The notes under the pieces were generated by a model. That model was not told where the DNA came from, did not search any database, and was given only the letters and a program-made list of their open reading frames with translations. Both the position numbers and the translations under genes were made by a program. Positions 1 to 8,416 of a DNA stretch of 64,000 nucleotides are shown here, piece after piece. Origin of the DNA: an uncultured Collinsella sp. (GTDB taxonomy: Bacteria; Actinomycetota; Coriobacteriia; Coriobacteriales; Coriobacteriaceae); contig CAUGTZ010000008.1 in assembly GCA_959602645.1 (NCBI GenBank), positions 3,149 to 67,148 on the forward strand. Reading direction: 5' to 3'. Numbering within the stretch: position 1 is the first letter of the stretch; the number at the start of each line of letters is the position of its first letter.

Positions 1-117
1 TCAGCGAGAAGCCAGCTGGTGAGGCAAGGTGCCGTGAAGCGAGGCGGCATTGACCTTCTGGTCATGCCGTCGAAGCTGAACGGCAGATTGCCCGCCAGAT
101 GGCTTCGCAGCGTCGGC

Positions 118-146
118 CGGTCCGGCGTTCGGTAGAACGCCGGAAC
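118..146. terminator. GC-rich hairpin downstream of lacB, no clear U-tract
   Basis: Perfect 10-bp inverted repeat TCCGGCGTTC-ggta-GAACGCCGGA read at 121-144. Confidence 0.3.
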
Positions 147-150
147 CTAA

Positions 151-675
151 TTAGTCGTGGTATTCGCCGCGGTCCCACTTCTCGAGGAACTCATCAAAGA
201 AGTGCGGGTCAGCCTGAGCCTCGGCGTCAGCCTTGTTGCAGGCATCGATCTTGGCAATCAGGGCATCGTGCTCGGGAGTCTTGTCGTAGGGCTCCTCCAG
301 GAATGCAAGCATGATGTCGGCCATCAGGAACTCGCCGGTGATCTTGCCGCCAAAGCCCACGATGTTGGCGTTGAGCTCGCGACGGGCATACAGGGCAGAG
401 GTCATGTCGCGAACCAGGGCGCAGCGGGCGCCGGGAACCTTGTTGACGGCGTTGGTGATGCCGATGCCGGTGCCGCACAGGGCCACGCCAAAGTCGGCCT
501 TGCCGCTGGCAACAGCCTCGCCCACGGCCTTACCGTAGATGGGATAGTGCGTACGGGTGTGGCTGTAGGTGCCGCAGTCGAGCACCTTGTAGCCAGCCTG
601 CTCCAGGCGGTCGGCCAGATAGATCTTCTCGTCCGTAACGATATGGTCGCAACCGATTGCGATGGTCTTCTTCAT
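151..675 (-). CDS. lacB: galactose-6-phosphate isomerase subunit LacB
   Basis: 174-aa [20 protein letters not shown] and C-terminal [16 protein letters not shown] match the LacB/RpiB family; directly downstream of lacA. Confidence 0.9.
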   Translation of the reverse strand: MKKTIAIGCDHIVTDEKIYLADRLEQAGYKVLDCGTYSHTRTHYPIYGKAVGEAVASGKADFGVALCGTGIGITNAVNKVPGARCALVRDMTSALYARRELNANIVGFGGKITGEFLMADIMLAFLEEPYDKTPEHDALIAKIDACNKADAEAQADPHFFDEFLEKWDRGEYHD

Positions 676-738
676 CAGAACGTCCTTTCGTCTGAATTCA
701 CAAGTTGAGATAGAAGTTCGAGTTCTCGGTGGCTCTCG

Positions 739-1167
739 TTAGGCCATCTTGTTGAGCATGTCGACACGGATCTGGTGACGGCCGCCAGCGTACTGGGCAC
801 GCAGGAACTCGCGGGCGATCTTCTTGGCGACCTCGGTGCCCACAACGCCCGGGCCCATGGTGACCATGCGCGAGCCGTTGTGCTCGCGGGTCATGTAGGC
901 GGAACGCTCGTCGGAAATGTTGGCGACGACCATGCCCTTGATCTTGACGGCGGCCATATAGGAGCCGACGCCGTACTTATCGAATGCGAAACCCTGGGAA
1001 TCCTTGTGCTCCAGCAGGTCCTTGGCAACGGCGGTCGCGGAATCAACAAAGTCCGCGGCAGGGGTCTCGGAATAGTCGACGACCTCGTGACCGTCGGCGA
1101 TGAGCATCTCCTTGATGGACTCCTTCATCGACATACCGTCGGCATCGGAAGCGATTACAACCCTCAT
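739..1167 (-). CDS. lacA: galactose-6-phosphate isomerase subunit LacA
   Basis: 142-aa ORF of LacA size; RpiB/LacA/LacB-like pattern (VVIASD, GVGSYMAA, ISDERSAYMTREHN); paired with lacB. Confidence 0.85.
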   Translation of the reverse strand: MRVVIASDADGMSMKESIKEMLIADGHEVVDYSETPAADFVDSATAVAKDLLEHKDSQGFAFDKYGVGSYMAAVKIKGMVVANISDERSAYMTREHNGSRMVTMGPGVVGTEVAKKIAREFLRAQYAGGRHQIRVDMLNKMA

Positions 1168-1281
1168 GACATCCTCCTTGAGAGATACGCTGGCGCGTAG
1201 TTTCTGTTTGGAAGTGTTGAATCGCGATCAGGTCCGGGCATCTGAATGTGCGGTTCTTCACTGTTCATGTTTATTTGAACA

Positions 1282-1337
1282 CATTCAAACATTAACTGCA
1301 ATAACTATTTGTTTATCTTTGTTCTTTTTTGAACAAA
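1282..1337. promoter_or_regulatory. operator-like block upstream of lacAB: CATTCAAACA plus palindrome TTTGTTC-N6-GAACAAA
   Basis: CATTCAAACA at 1282-1291 is identical to 10-mers at 3377-3386 and 19762-19771; perfect 7-bp inverted repeat at 1318-1324/1331-1337. Confidence 0.4.
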
Positions 1338-1338
1338 T

Positions 1339-1368
1339 ACCGTTCGCGGATGATTGATAACCGTTTGG
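1339..1368 (+). promoter_or_regulatory. phased direct repeat ACCGTT(N15)ACCGTT, 21-bp register
   Basis: ACCGTTCGCGG at 1339 and ACCGTTTGG at 1360; same architecture at four other sugar promoters in the window. Confidence 0.5.
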
Positions 1369-1400
1369 ACTCAGGAAAGGCACGGCTTACCGCGTATTCA

Positions 1401-1439
1401 ACAAACAAAAAGGCGGCCGAGAACGCCTCTCGGCCGCCC
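1401..1439 (-). terminator. intrinsic terminator of the 1476-2489 gene
   Basis: GGCGGCCGAGA/TCTCGGCCGCC 11-bp stem followed on the minus strand by TTTTTGTTTG. Confidence 0.65.
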
Positions 1440-1475
1440 TTCGGCGGTATGCCCTGGTATATACAGCTGTTTTAG

Positions 1476-2489
1476 CTACTCGGACTGCCCGCCCTTTTTG
1501 GCGTGCTTGGACGGAGCGCTCAGAAAGCGGCCCGTCAAATAGTTCGCCGGGCCGGAAATATCAATCCCCAGCAGCACATGCCCCAGCCACAAAAACGCCG
1601 CGAGCACCAGCAATGGAATCACGCACGAGGTCACGATCATCACGATGACGCCTTCGATGAGATCGGTCACTTGCTGCACAATTTCATCGGTCATCTGCTT
1701 GGCGCCGCTGGTCACCGACGTGACCAGGCTCGAGGCCCCGTCAGTCAACTGCTCGAGCACGTTTTTGGACTCCGTGGCCTCGGCCTTTTTCTTGCTTGCT
1801 TTGGAGTTATCGCTATCTGCCGCACTCGCAGCGTCCGCTGCCTTTTGCTCAGCTTGCTCAATACTTACGCGATACGTTTCATCGACCTTCTGCGACACCC
1901 ATACGCTCGCGGGCACAAGCGCCATGCCGATTACGGCAACCACCAACACGCGCGTCGCCACACGGCGCAGGACGGCGCTCGTGCTCCAGCGCCCGTGAAT
2001 ACCAAGCGACACCGCAAAGAGCACCAACGCAAACGGGATTAAGATGCCCAAGCCAACCGACCACAAAATCGTGAGCAAGTATTTCTCTAGGTATAGCACG
2101 GCAAGCACGATACCAAGGTTGCCTGAAAGCTGCGCAAGCTGCTCGGCAACCGGCGTTCCCGTATCACCCGGCAGCGCGGTAATGCCCGCAGACAGCGCCA
2201 CGCACGAGGCCGTGAGCGCCAGTACGTTACCTTTCTTTTGGTCGATAACCTCGATGGTGGAGTCCCAAGTCTTGGTATCGGCAAAATGCGGACGAGCCAC
2301 AAAGCCCGACAGCAAGGCCAGTACCACGAGTGCAACGATGAAGCCAATCTGCAGCTTTTTGTTTGCGCACACGACATCGGACAGGCTGGGCTGCAGCTCG
2401 GTTACCGTCGTGTGCTCGGTTATCTGGACAGGACGCCCATGAGCCATCTCGTGCGCGTCTCTTTTTTGTATTGACCCGTTATCCGGCAT
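1476..2489 (-). CDS. hypothetical multi-pass membrane protein
   Basis: 337-aa ORF with several hydrophobic spans and a central Ala/Lys/Ser-rich loop; no family recognised. Confidence 0.55.
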   Translation of the reverse strand: MPDNGSIQKRDAHEMAHGRPVQITEHTTVTELQPSLSDVVCANKKLQIGFIVALVVLALLSGFVARPHFADTKTWDSTIEVIDQKKGNVLALTASCVALSAGITALPGDTGTPVAEQLAQLSGNLGIVLAVLYLEKYLLTILWSVGLGILIPFALVLFAVSLGIHGRWSTSAVLRRVATRVLVVAVIGMALVPASVWVSQKVDETYRVSIEQAEQKAADAASAADSDNSKASKKKAEATESKNVLEQLTDGASSLVTSVTSGAKQMTDEIVQQVTDLIEGVIVMIVTSCVIPLLVLAAFLWLGHVLLGIDISGPANYLTGRFLSAPSKHAKKGGQSE

Positions 2490-2580
2490 TTGGATACCTC
2501 CTCATTCCGGCCTGTATTGCGGGTGAAAGTATACCCATCCAGCGAAAAACCGAACGAGAGGGCGTGCAGAAGCTCCATAA

Positions 2581-2827
2581 CGCTGCTAGTCGAACAGTGC
2601 CATTTCAAAACTATGCCGGTTTACTACCGTAAAACCGATAGGACCGACCACATTTGCTATTAGCAGAAAATGGCAAGCTTTCTACCTGCGGCTTTGATAA
2701 CGCTGTTCTTTCCATAGTTGAAAGAATACGATTCATCGTAGTAAACCGGCATAGTTTTGTAACCGACGGGTCGAGTCGGCACCGCAACAAACCTAATAAC
2801 CCGTTTTCTTCCATCCTCAAAGGATCA
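2581..2827 (-). repeat. family-B structured element, copy 1 (about 247 bp)
   Basis: Perfect 22-bp inverted repeat 2606-2627/2738-2759 around 110 nt; collinear with copy 2 at 21071-21317, with the same offsets for arms, core TCTACCTGCGG (2681-2691) and 27-nt end block (2801-2827). Confidence 0.75.
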
Positions 2828-2841
2828 AATGCATGGCAGGA

Positions 2842-2885
2842 GTGTCCCTAACTGCCGGCAGATAAGGAACGTCCCCAAGTGCCGG
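2842..2885 (+). repeat. family-C hairpin motif, copy 1 (about 1.6 tandem units)
   Basis: Stem CCGGCA/TGCCGG (2855-2860/2880-2885) encloses a loop with AAGGAACGTCCCCAA; preceded by partial unit GTCCCTAACTGCCGG. Confidence 0.65.
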
Positions 2886-2886
2886 G

Positions 2887-2924
2887 TAAAAAGAAAAAGC
2901 CCTGCCGCGAGTTTGCGGCAGAGC
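2887..2924 (-). terminator. intrinsic terminator of lacF
   Basis: CTGCCGC-gagttt-GCGGCAG hairpin; minus strand then reads CTTTTTCTTTTT. Confidence 0.6.
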
Positions 2925-2955
2925 TTTTGGAAGGGGACTTGGTTGTGCGGGCTCG

Positions 2956-3294
2956 TTAGGCGAGCTTGGCCTCGAGCTCGGCGATGCGCTTGTAGGCATC
3001 GATGGTAAAGCGGGTCTGCTTCTCCAGGATCATAGTGGTCATGAGAGTGTCCTGAGCGTGAGCCATAATGAAGGTCATCTCCATCTCGCCACCGCCGGCC
3101 TCCTGCGAAAGCAGCTTGGTCTGCGTGTCGTGGGCACCGATGAGCGCATCGCTGGCATCCTTGTGCAGCTGCTCGGCCTTCTCAAAATCACCCTCGCGAG
3201 CAGCATCGAGCGCTGCAAGCAGATCGGTCTGGGCGTCACCTGCGTATGCGACGATCTCGAATCCAACCATCGAGATTTCTTCTTTGGTTGCCAT
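2956..3294 (-). CDS. lacF: PTS lactose/cellobiose-family EIIA component
   Basis: 112-aa ORF; EIIA-Lac/Cel pattern (FEIVAYAGDA, KAEQLHKDA, MAHAQDTLM with the conserved His). Confidence 0.85.
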   Translation of the reverse strand: MATKEEISMVGFEIVAYAGDAQTDLLAALDAAREGDFEKAEQLHKDASDALIGAHDTQTKLLSQEAGGGEMEMTFIMAHAQDTLMTTMILEKQTRFTIDAYKRIAELEAKLA

Positions 3295-3376
3295 ATTGCG
3301 TTCCTTTCACATATGAACCAATGGAGAGCATCGCGTCCGGGCATACGCGCTGCGTTCTGTATGGCAGAAACATTAA

Positions 3377-3397
3377 CATTCAAACAAAAAAGAACAA
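3377..3397. promoter_or_regulatory. CATTCAAACA-N5-GAACAA operator-like motif upstream of lacF
   Basis: Same 10-mer as 1282-1291 and 19762-19771; same N5-GAACAA spacing as the copy at 19762-19782. Confidence 0.4.
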
Positions 3398-3419
3398 CGC
3401 AAAACATAATTTCAAGCTA

Positions 3420-3448
3420 TGAACGGTCAATTTTCGCCCGTGAACGGT
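3420..3448 (-). promoter_or_regulatory. phased direct repeat (TGAACGGT x2, 21-bp register)
   Basis: TGAACGGT at 3420 and 3441; the reverse complement reads ACCGTTCACGGGCGAAAATTGACCGTTCA. Confidence 0.5.
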
Positions 3449-3508
3449 TTCCAAACCATTTCGAACAATATCAAACATGATTAACAGAAACCCAAACAGG
3501 ACCGCGCC

Positions 3509-4513
3509 CTAGCGCAAATCGCGCACCGTATCGCCCTCTACGAGCACGCCGGGGATCAGCATGTGCTCCACACCAGACGCACCCCCCTCGGCACTGGCGA
3601 TCTTATCGACTGCCCACATGCCGACACGCCTGTTGTCAAAGCGCACGGTGGTCAGGCGACGGTCGGGCACGATATCGCCCAGGCTGTCATCAACACCCAC
3701 CACGCTCACGTCCTCGGGCACGCGCTTTCCGCGCGACTCGAGCCCGCGAATGCAACCGTATGCCATGGCATCGTTGGAGGCATAGATGGCAGTACAGGCT
3801 GGATCGTCCGCCAGTGCCTGACCTGCGGCATACCCACTCTGAGCCGTCCAATCGCCACGGATGAGTCGCGGCAGCTCAATACCATGTGCACGCAATGTCT
3901 CGCGCCAGCCTTCCTCGCGCTGCATGCCCGAAAGAGAGCGCTCGGGGCACGAGATAAAGTGCACGGTCTTGTGCCCCTGCTCCAGCAAATACTCGACCAC
4001 CTGGCGCGAGCAATCGAACTGGTCGTTATCGACTGTTGAACAGAGCGGGTGCTCCAGCATGGTAACGAGCACCGTCTGCATACCGGGCAGCGGCTCGAAG
4101 GTGCCAAAGTCCGCCGGCATGCGATTCATGATCACAACCATGCCATCCACCGGCAGCGCGCTCATGCGCGACGATGCGCTCTCGAGGGTATACGGATGCC
4201 CGTCTACTTTAGTAAGGGTGATGGCATAGCCATGTTTGTCGGCCGCGGCGGCAAAGCCCTCCATACGGTCGAGGTTGCCGGTGCCGGTAATGTTGAACAT
4301 GGCGACGCCGACGGTCTTAAACTTGCCGCGGCGCAGCGATCGACCGGCAAAATTGGGGCGATACCCCAGCTCGCGCATGGCGGCGCGCACGCGCTCCTTG
4401 GTCTCGGGGCGCACGCTGGGCGAATCGTGCACCGTACGCGAGACTGTCTGCTCCGAGACGCCCGCGAGACGCGCCACGTCCTTAACGGAAACCGATTTTT
4501 TAACAGCGGCCAT
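3509..4513 (-). CDS. LacI-family transcriptional regulator (cassette 1)
   Basis: 334-aa ORF; N-terminal HTH VKDVARLAGVSEQTVSRTV plus a periplasmic-binding-like sugar domain; divergent from lacE1. Confidence 0.9.
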   Translation of the reverse strand: MAAVKKSVSVKDVARLAGVSEQTVSRTVHDSPSVRPETKERVRAAMRELGYRPNFAGRSLRRGKFKTVGVAMFNITGTGNLDRMEGFAAAADKHGYAITLTKVDGHPYTLESASSRMSALPVDGMVVIMNRMPADFGTFEPLPGMQTVLVTMLEHPLCSTVDNDQFDCSRQVVEYLLEQGHKTVHFISCPERSLSGMQREEGWRETLRAHGIELPRLIRGDWTAQSGYAAGQALADDPACTAIYASNDAMAYGCIRGLESRGKRVPEDVSVVGVDDSLGDIVPDRRLTTVRFDNRRVGMWAVDKIASAEGGASGVEHMLIPGVLVEGDTVRDLR

Positions 4514-4673
4514 AGGTCGATCTTTCTATGTCAACGATGCCATTGGTGGCACCCTACGCAGTCAAATGAAACGTCTTTAAGTATATCTAACGCCTCCTCC
4601 GCCATACGCTCACCACCCAAAACCTACCGTTCACCGACAATCCTGCTTCCCCGAACGGCTTTTGTCGACCAAA

Positions 4674-4806
4674 TGTTAACGTTGCCATTGTGCAAACACA
4701 GAGCCACCGGGCGGCTCAAACGTTTACGCGCAAGGAATCGACGGTTCGCAGGCACAGGAACCACCGGTTCGCGTCTTTTTTGTGTCGCAAAATGGCAACG
4801 TCAACA
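4674..4806. promoter_or_regulatory. pair of LacI-type operators of cassette 1
   Basis: TGTTAACGTTGCCA at 4674-4687; TGGCAACGTCAACA at 4793-4806 (reverse complement TGTTGACGTTGCCA); both fit TGnnAnCGnTnnCA. Confidence 0.6.
4741..4773 (+). promoter_or_regulatory. degenerate phased repeat (ACGGTTCGCA ... ACCGGTTCGCG, 22-bp register)
   Basis: Variant of the ACCGTTCGCGG motif with a 1-nt difference in each unit; a single clean unit ACCGTTCACC also sits at 4626-4635. Confidence 0.3.
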
Positions 4807-4869
4807 TTTTGGCAACCAGACGTCAAAAGCTACCATCGTTGCTAACCCACCGACTCTTAGGAGCTTTGC

Positions 4870-6639
4870 ATGGAGCAACTCATCGCCACCATCGAAAAAG
4901 GCCAGCCCTTTTTCAACGCGATCGCCCGCAACAAGTACCTCAAGGCGATTCGCGACGGCTTTATCTCCGTCATCCCCATCATCATCTTCTCGTCCATCTT
5001 CTGCCTGGTAGCCTCGGTCCCCAACATCTGGGGTTTCTACTGGCCCGATGACATCAACAACGCCCTGTGGAAGTGCTACAACTACTCCATGGGCATCCTG
5101 GCTATCGCCTGCGCCGCCACCACGGCCAAGCACTTCGCCGACGCCCAGAACCGCGACCTGCCCAAGAACAACCAGATCAACTTTATCTCGTGCATGTGCG
5201 CGGCCATCATCGGCTTCTTGCTCCTTTCGAGCGACACCATCGCCACGGACGCCGCCAGCGGCTTCAACACCACCTACCTTGGTTCCAAGGGCCTGCTGAC
5301 CGCCTTCATCGCTGCGTTTGTGACCGGCATCATCTACAAGTTCTTTATCAAGCGCAACATCACCGTCAAGATGCCCGAGCAGGTTCCGCCTAACATCTCG
5401 CAGACCTTTAAGGACATCATCCCCTTCTCCGTCTGCATCACCGTCTTTTGGGTCTTTGACATCGTCTTCCGCGCTGCCTTTGGCTTCTGCTTTGCCCAGG
5501 GCGTCATCCAGGTGTTCCAGCCCCTGTTCACCGCTGCCGACGGCTACATCGGCCTCGCTGTGATCTACGGCGCCATGAGCCTCTTCTGGTTCGTCGGCGT
5601 CCACGGCCCCTCGATCGTCGAGCCCGCCATCGCCGCTGCTCTCGTTGCCAACATGACCGACAACCTGGCTGCATTCCAGGCCGGCGAGCACGCCACCGCC
5701 GTCCTGACGCAGGGCGCCCAGTACTTCGTCGTCTGCATGGGCGGTACCGGCGCCACGCTCGTCCTGGTCTTTATGTTCTGCTTCCTGGCCAAGTCCCAGG
5801 AGATGCGCGCCGTCGGTAAGGCCGCCATCGTCCCCGTGTGCTTTGCCGTCAACGAACCGCTGCTGTTCGCCGCACCTATCGTGCTCAATCCCGTCTTCTT
5901 TGTCCCGTTTGTCTTTGCCCCAATCGCCAACATCTGGATCCTCAAGGTCTTTATCGACTTCTTGGGCATGAACGGCTTTATGTACACCCTGCCTTGGACC
6001 GTCCCCGGCCCCATTGGCACCATCATGGGCCTGGGCTTCCAGCCGCTCGCCTTTGTGATGCTCGCCATCATCCTAGTCGTCGACTTTGCCCTGTACTACC
6101 CGTTCTTCCGTGCCTATGACGCCCAGAAGTGCGCCGAGGAGGCCGAGATCTCCCAGGAGGAGCTCGCCGCCAAGAACGCCGAGAAGGCCGCCAAGCTCAA
6201 CGACGCCTTCCAGGGTAAGGCCGACGCCAAGAGTGTTGCCGCCGGCGCCGCTGCCGAGGTCGTAAAGACCGACGCCGCCCCCGCTGCTGCCGCCACCGAG
6301 GCTTCGGCCGCCAGCGACCTCAACGGCAAGCGCGTACTCGTGCTCTGCCAGGGCGGAGGCACCTCGGGCCTGCTCGCCAACGCGCTGGCCAAGGCCGCCA
6401 AGGAGCGCGGCATCGATCTTGAGACCGCTGCCGATGCCTATGGCAACCACGTGGACATGCTTCCCGACTTTGACCTGGTCGTCCTGGCTCCGCAGGCTGC
6501 CAGCTACCTGGCCGACCTGCAGAAGGACTGCGAGCGTGTGGGCAACAAGTGCGTCGCCTGCCGTGGTAAGCAGTACATCGAGCTCTCCCAGAACGGCGAC
6601 AAGTCTCTCGCCTTCGTGAGCGAGCAGCTGTCGAAGTAA
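4870..6639 (+). CDS. lacE: PTS lactose-specific EIICB component (cassette 1)
   Basis: 589-aa ORF; EIIC-Lac N-terminus (KGQPFFNAIARNKYLKAIRDGF), Ala/Glu-rich linker, C-terminal EIIB with VLVLCQGGGTS. Confidence 0.9.
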   Translation: MEQLIATIEKGQPFFNAIARNKYLKAIRDGFISVIPIIIFSSIFCLVASVPNIWGFYWPDDINNALWKCYNYSMGILAIACAATTAKHFADAQNRDLPKNNQINFISCMCAAIIGFLLLSSDTIATDAASGFNTTYLGSKGLLTAFIAAFVTGIIYKFFIKRNITVKMPEQVPPNISQTFKDIIPFSVCITVFWVFDIVFRAAFGFCFAQGVIQVFQPLFTAADGYIGLAVIYGAMSLFWFVGVHGPSIVEPAIAAALVANMTDNLAAFQAGEHATAVLTQGAQYFVVCMGGTGATLVLVFMFCFLAKSQEMRAVGKAAIVPVCFAVNEPLLFAAPIVLNPVFFVPFVFAPIANIWILKVFIDFLGMNGFMYTLPWTVPGPIGTIMGLGFQPLAFVMLAIILVVDFALYYPFFRAYDAQKCAEEAEISQEELAAKNAEKAAKLNDAFQGKADAKSVAAGAAAEVVKTDAAPAAAATEASAASDLNGKRVLVLCQGGGTSGLLANALAKAAKERGIDLETAADAYGNHVDMLPDFDLVVLAPQAASYLADLQKDCERVGNKCVACRGKQYIELSQNGDKSLAFVSEQLSK

Positions 6640-6649
6640 GTAACGCTTA

Positions 6650-6681
6650 GGGCCAGCCGACCATCCAAGGCCGGCTGGCCC
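6650..6681 (+). other. intercistronic hairpin between lacE1 and lacG1
   Basis: GGGCCAGCCG/CGGCTGGCCC 10-bp stem with a weak T-run; possible attenuator or processing site. Confidence 0.3.
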
Positions 6682-6709
6682 TTCGATTTAGACGATTGGA
6701 TATTTCATC

Positions 6710-8149
6710 ATGTCCGTTAACCCTGCTAGCGTCACCAACCCGCCCGCGCAGTTTCCCGAGGACTTTGTCTTTGGCGGCGCCACTGCTGCCTACCAGGTAG
6801 AGGGCGAGACCCGCACTCACGGTAAGGGCAAGGTCGCCTGGGACGACTTCTTGGAGGCCCAGGGCCGCTTCTCTCCCGATCCCGCCTCCGACTTCTACAA
6901 CCAGTATCCGGTGGACCTGGAGCTGTGCGAGGAGTTTGGCATCAACGGTATTCGCCTCTCCATCGCCTGGAGCCGCATCTTCCCCGAGGGCACCGGCAAG
7001 GTGAACCCCGAGGGCGTGCAGTTCTACCACGACCTCTTTGCCGAGTGCCACAAGCACCACGTTGAGCCGTTTGTCACGCTGCATCACTTCGACACGCCGC
7101 TGCCCCTCTTTGAGAAGGGCGACTTCCTCAACCGCGAGACCATCGACGCCTTTGTGGACTTTGCCACCTTCTGCTTTAAGGAGTACGCCGACCAGGTGAC
7201 CTATTGGTTCACCTTTAACGAGATCTGGGCCGACGCCTCCAACACCTACATCGAGGGCACCTTCCCCGGCGGCGTCAAGGCGCATCTGGCCGAGGCCTTC
7301 CAGTGCGAGCACAACATGATGCTCGCCCACGCCAAGGCAGTACTAGCCTTCCACAACGGCGGTTTTAAGGGCAAGATCGGCGTCATCCAGTCGCTGGAGT
7401 TTAAGTACCCGCTCAACGAGAACGACCCCGCCGACATCAAGGCCGCCAACAACGAGCACGTGCTGCAAAACCAGTTCCTGCTCGACGCCACCTTCCGCGG
7501 CGACTATGCCCCCGACACCCTCGAGTGCGCCAACCGCCTGGCTGCCGTCTCGGGCGGCACCATCGAGATCCTGGACGAGGACCTCGAGATTATGCGCGAG
7601 GCGGCGCTCTACAACGACTACCTGGGCGTTAACAACTACCAGTGCCGCTTCCTCAAGGCTTACGATGGCGAGAACGACCTGCACCACAACGGTACGGGCG
7701 AGAAGGGCACCGGCCGCTGGCGCGTCAAGGGCATTGGCGAGCATGTGAACAAGCCCGGCATCCCCACCACCGACTGGGACTGGATCATCTATCCCGAGGG
7801 TCTGTTCGATCTGCTCGTCTACATTAAGCAGCGCTACCCCAACTACAAGCAGATTTTCATTACCGAAAACGGCATGGGCTACAAGGACCCCTACAAGGAC
7901 GGCTTTGTGGACGACCAGCCGCGCATCGACTACATCGAGCAGCACCTGCGTTGGCTGCTCAAGGCCATGGAGGTGGGCGTCAACGTGGGCGGCTACTTCC
8001 TGTGGAGCCTGCAGGATCAGTTCTCCTGGACCAACGGCTACAACAAGCGCTACGGCTTCTTCTACGTAGACTTTGAGACCCAAAAGCGCACGCCCAAGGC
8101 GAGCGCCTACTGGTACAAGCACGTGGCGCAGACCCGTCGCCTGGACTAA
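6710..8149 (+). CDS. lacG: 6-phospho-beta-galactosidase, GH1 (cassette 1)
   Basis: 479-aa ORF; GH1 signatures FVFGGATAAYQVEG, TFNEI (acid/base Glu) and ITENGMG (nucleophile Glu); follows lacE. Confidence 0.9.
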   Translation: MSVNPASVTNPPAQFPEDFVFGGATAAYQVEGETRTHGKGKVAWDDFLEAQGRFSPDPASDFYNQYPVDLELCEEFGINGIRLSIAWSRIFPEGTGKVNPEGVQFYHDLFAECHKHHVEPFVTLHHFDTPLPLFEKGDFLNRETIDAFVDFATFCFKEYADQVTYWFTFNEIWADASNTYIEGTFPGGVKAHLAEAFQCEHNMMLAHAKAVLAFHNGGFKGKIGVIQSLEFKYPLNENDPADIKAANNEHVLQNQFLLDATFRGDYAPDTLECANRLAAVSGGTIEILDEDLEIMREAALYNDYLGVNNYQCRFLKAYDGENDLHHNGTGEKGTGRWRVKGIGEHVNKPGIPTTDWDWIIYPEGLFDLLVYIKQRYPNYKQIFITENGMGYKDPYKDGFVDDQPRIDYIEQHLRWLLKAMEVGVNVGGYFLWSLQDQFSWTNGYNKRYGFFYVDFETQKRTPKASAYWYKHVAQTRRLD

Positions 8150-8194
8150 AGACTAGCGGGGTTGCCTGCCCACATAACCTGTCCCCATTTCTCA

Positions 8195-8245
8195 GCCGGG
8201 GGCGGCACGTCACACGGCGCACCGCCTCCGGCCTTTTTGTTTTTG
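8195..8245 (+). terminator. intrinsic terminator closing cassette 1
   Basis: GCCGGGGGCGG/CCGCCTCCGGC stem followed by CTTTTTGTTTTT. Confidence 0.7.
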
Positions 8246-8258
8246 GGCTGGTCGGGAG

Positions 8259-8408
8259 CCGTTTGTCTCGATCTGTAACATCTAGCCGAGTTTTTTGGTC
8301 CTAGCTGTTACAGATTGAGACGAACAGGATTGCTCTTTCCGAAGAATCTAAATCTGTAACACGTAGCCCGCTTTTGACCGTCTACCTGTTACAAATCGAG
8401 ACAAACGG
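8259..8408. repeat. family-A compound palindromic element, copy 1
   Basis: Four about 20-bp units (CCGTTTGTCTCGATCTGTAACA type) in alternating orientation at 8259-8280, 8306-8328, 8345-8361 and 8387-8408; two 25-nt loops. Confidence 0.85.
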
Positions 8409-8416
8409 AGTAGGAC

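Noticed and set aside
1-135. Open frame running into the window start on the plus strand (…GAVKRGGIDLLVMPSKLNGRLPARWLRSVGRSGVR*), and a minus-strand frame ending at 1-3
   Set aside because: Too short and Arg-rich, with no recognisable family. The minus-strand frame has no start codon after lacB. Neither can be supported as a gene from 135 nt.
2611-2851. Small ORFs inside family-B copy 1 (69 aa on the minus strand, 65 aa on the plus strand)
   Set aside because: The equivalent frames in copy 2 are interrupted by stops and indels even though the nucleotide element is conserved, so conservation is not at the protein level.
4801-5691. Long antisense ORFs opposite real genes (for example 4801-5691, 7343-8122, 11175-13244, 14629-16623, 16469-17530, 35740-37473, 37470-38888, 49184-50794, 52605-53885, 58291-59271)
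   Set aside because: Their products are Gly/Ala/Arg/Asp/Val-rich with no motifs, and each lies opposite an ORF with strong family signatures. This is typical GC-driven shadow ORF behaviour.
8259-8328. Strand-specific G-U wobble evidence for an RNA role of family-A hairpins
   Set aside because: Copy 1 and copy 3 hairpin-1 mismatches favour the plus strand, but copy 2 and the second hairpins favour the minus strand or neither. This is inconsistent, so no strand or RNA claim is made for family A.
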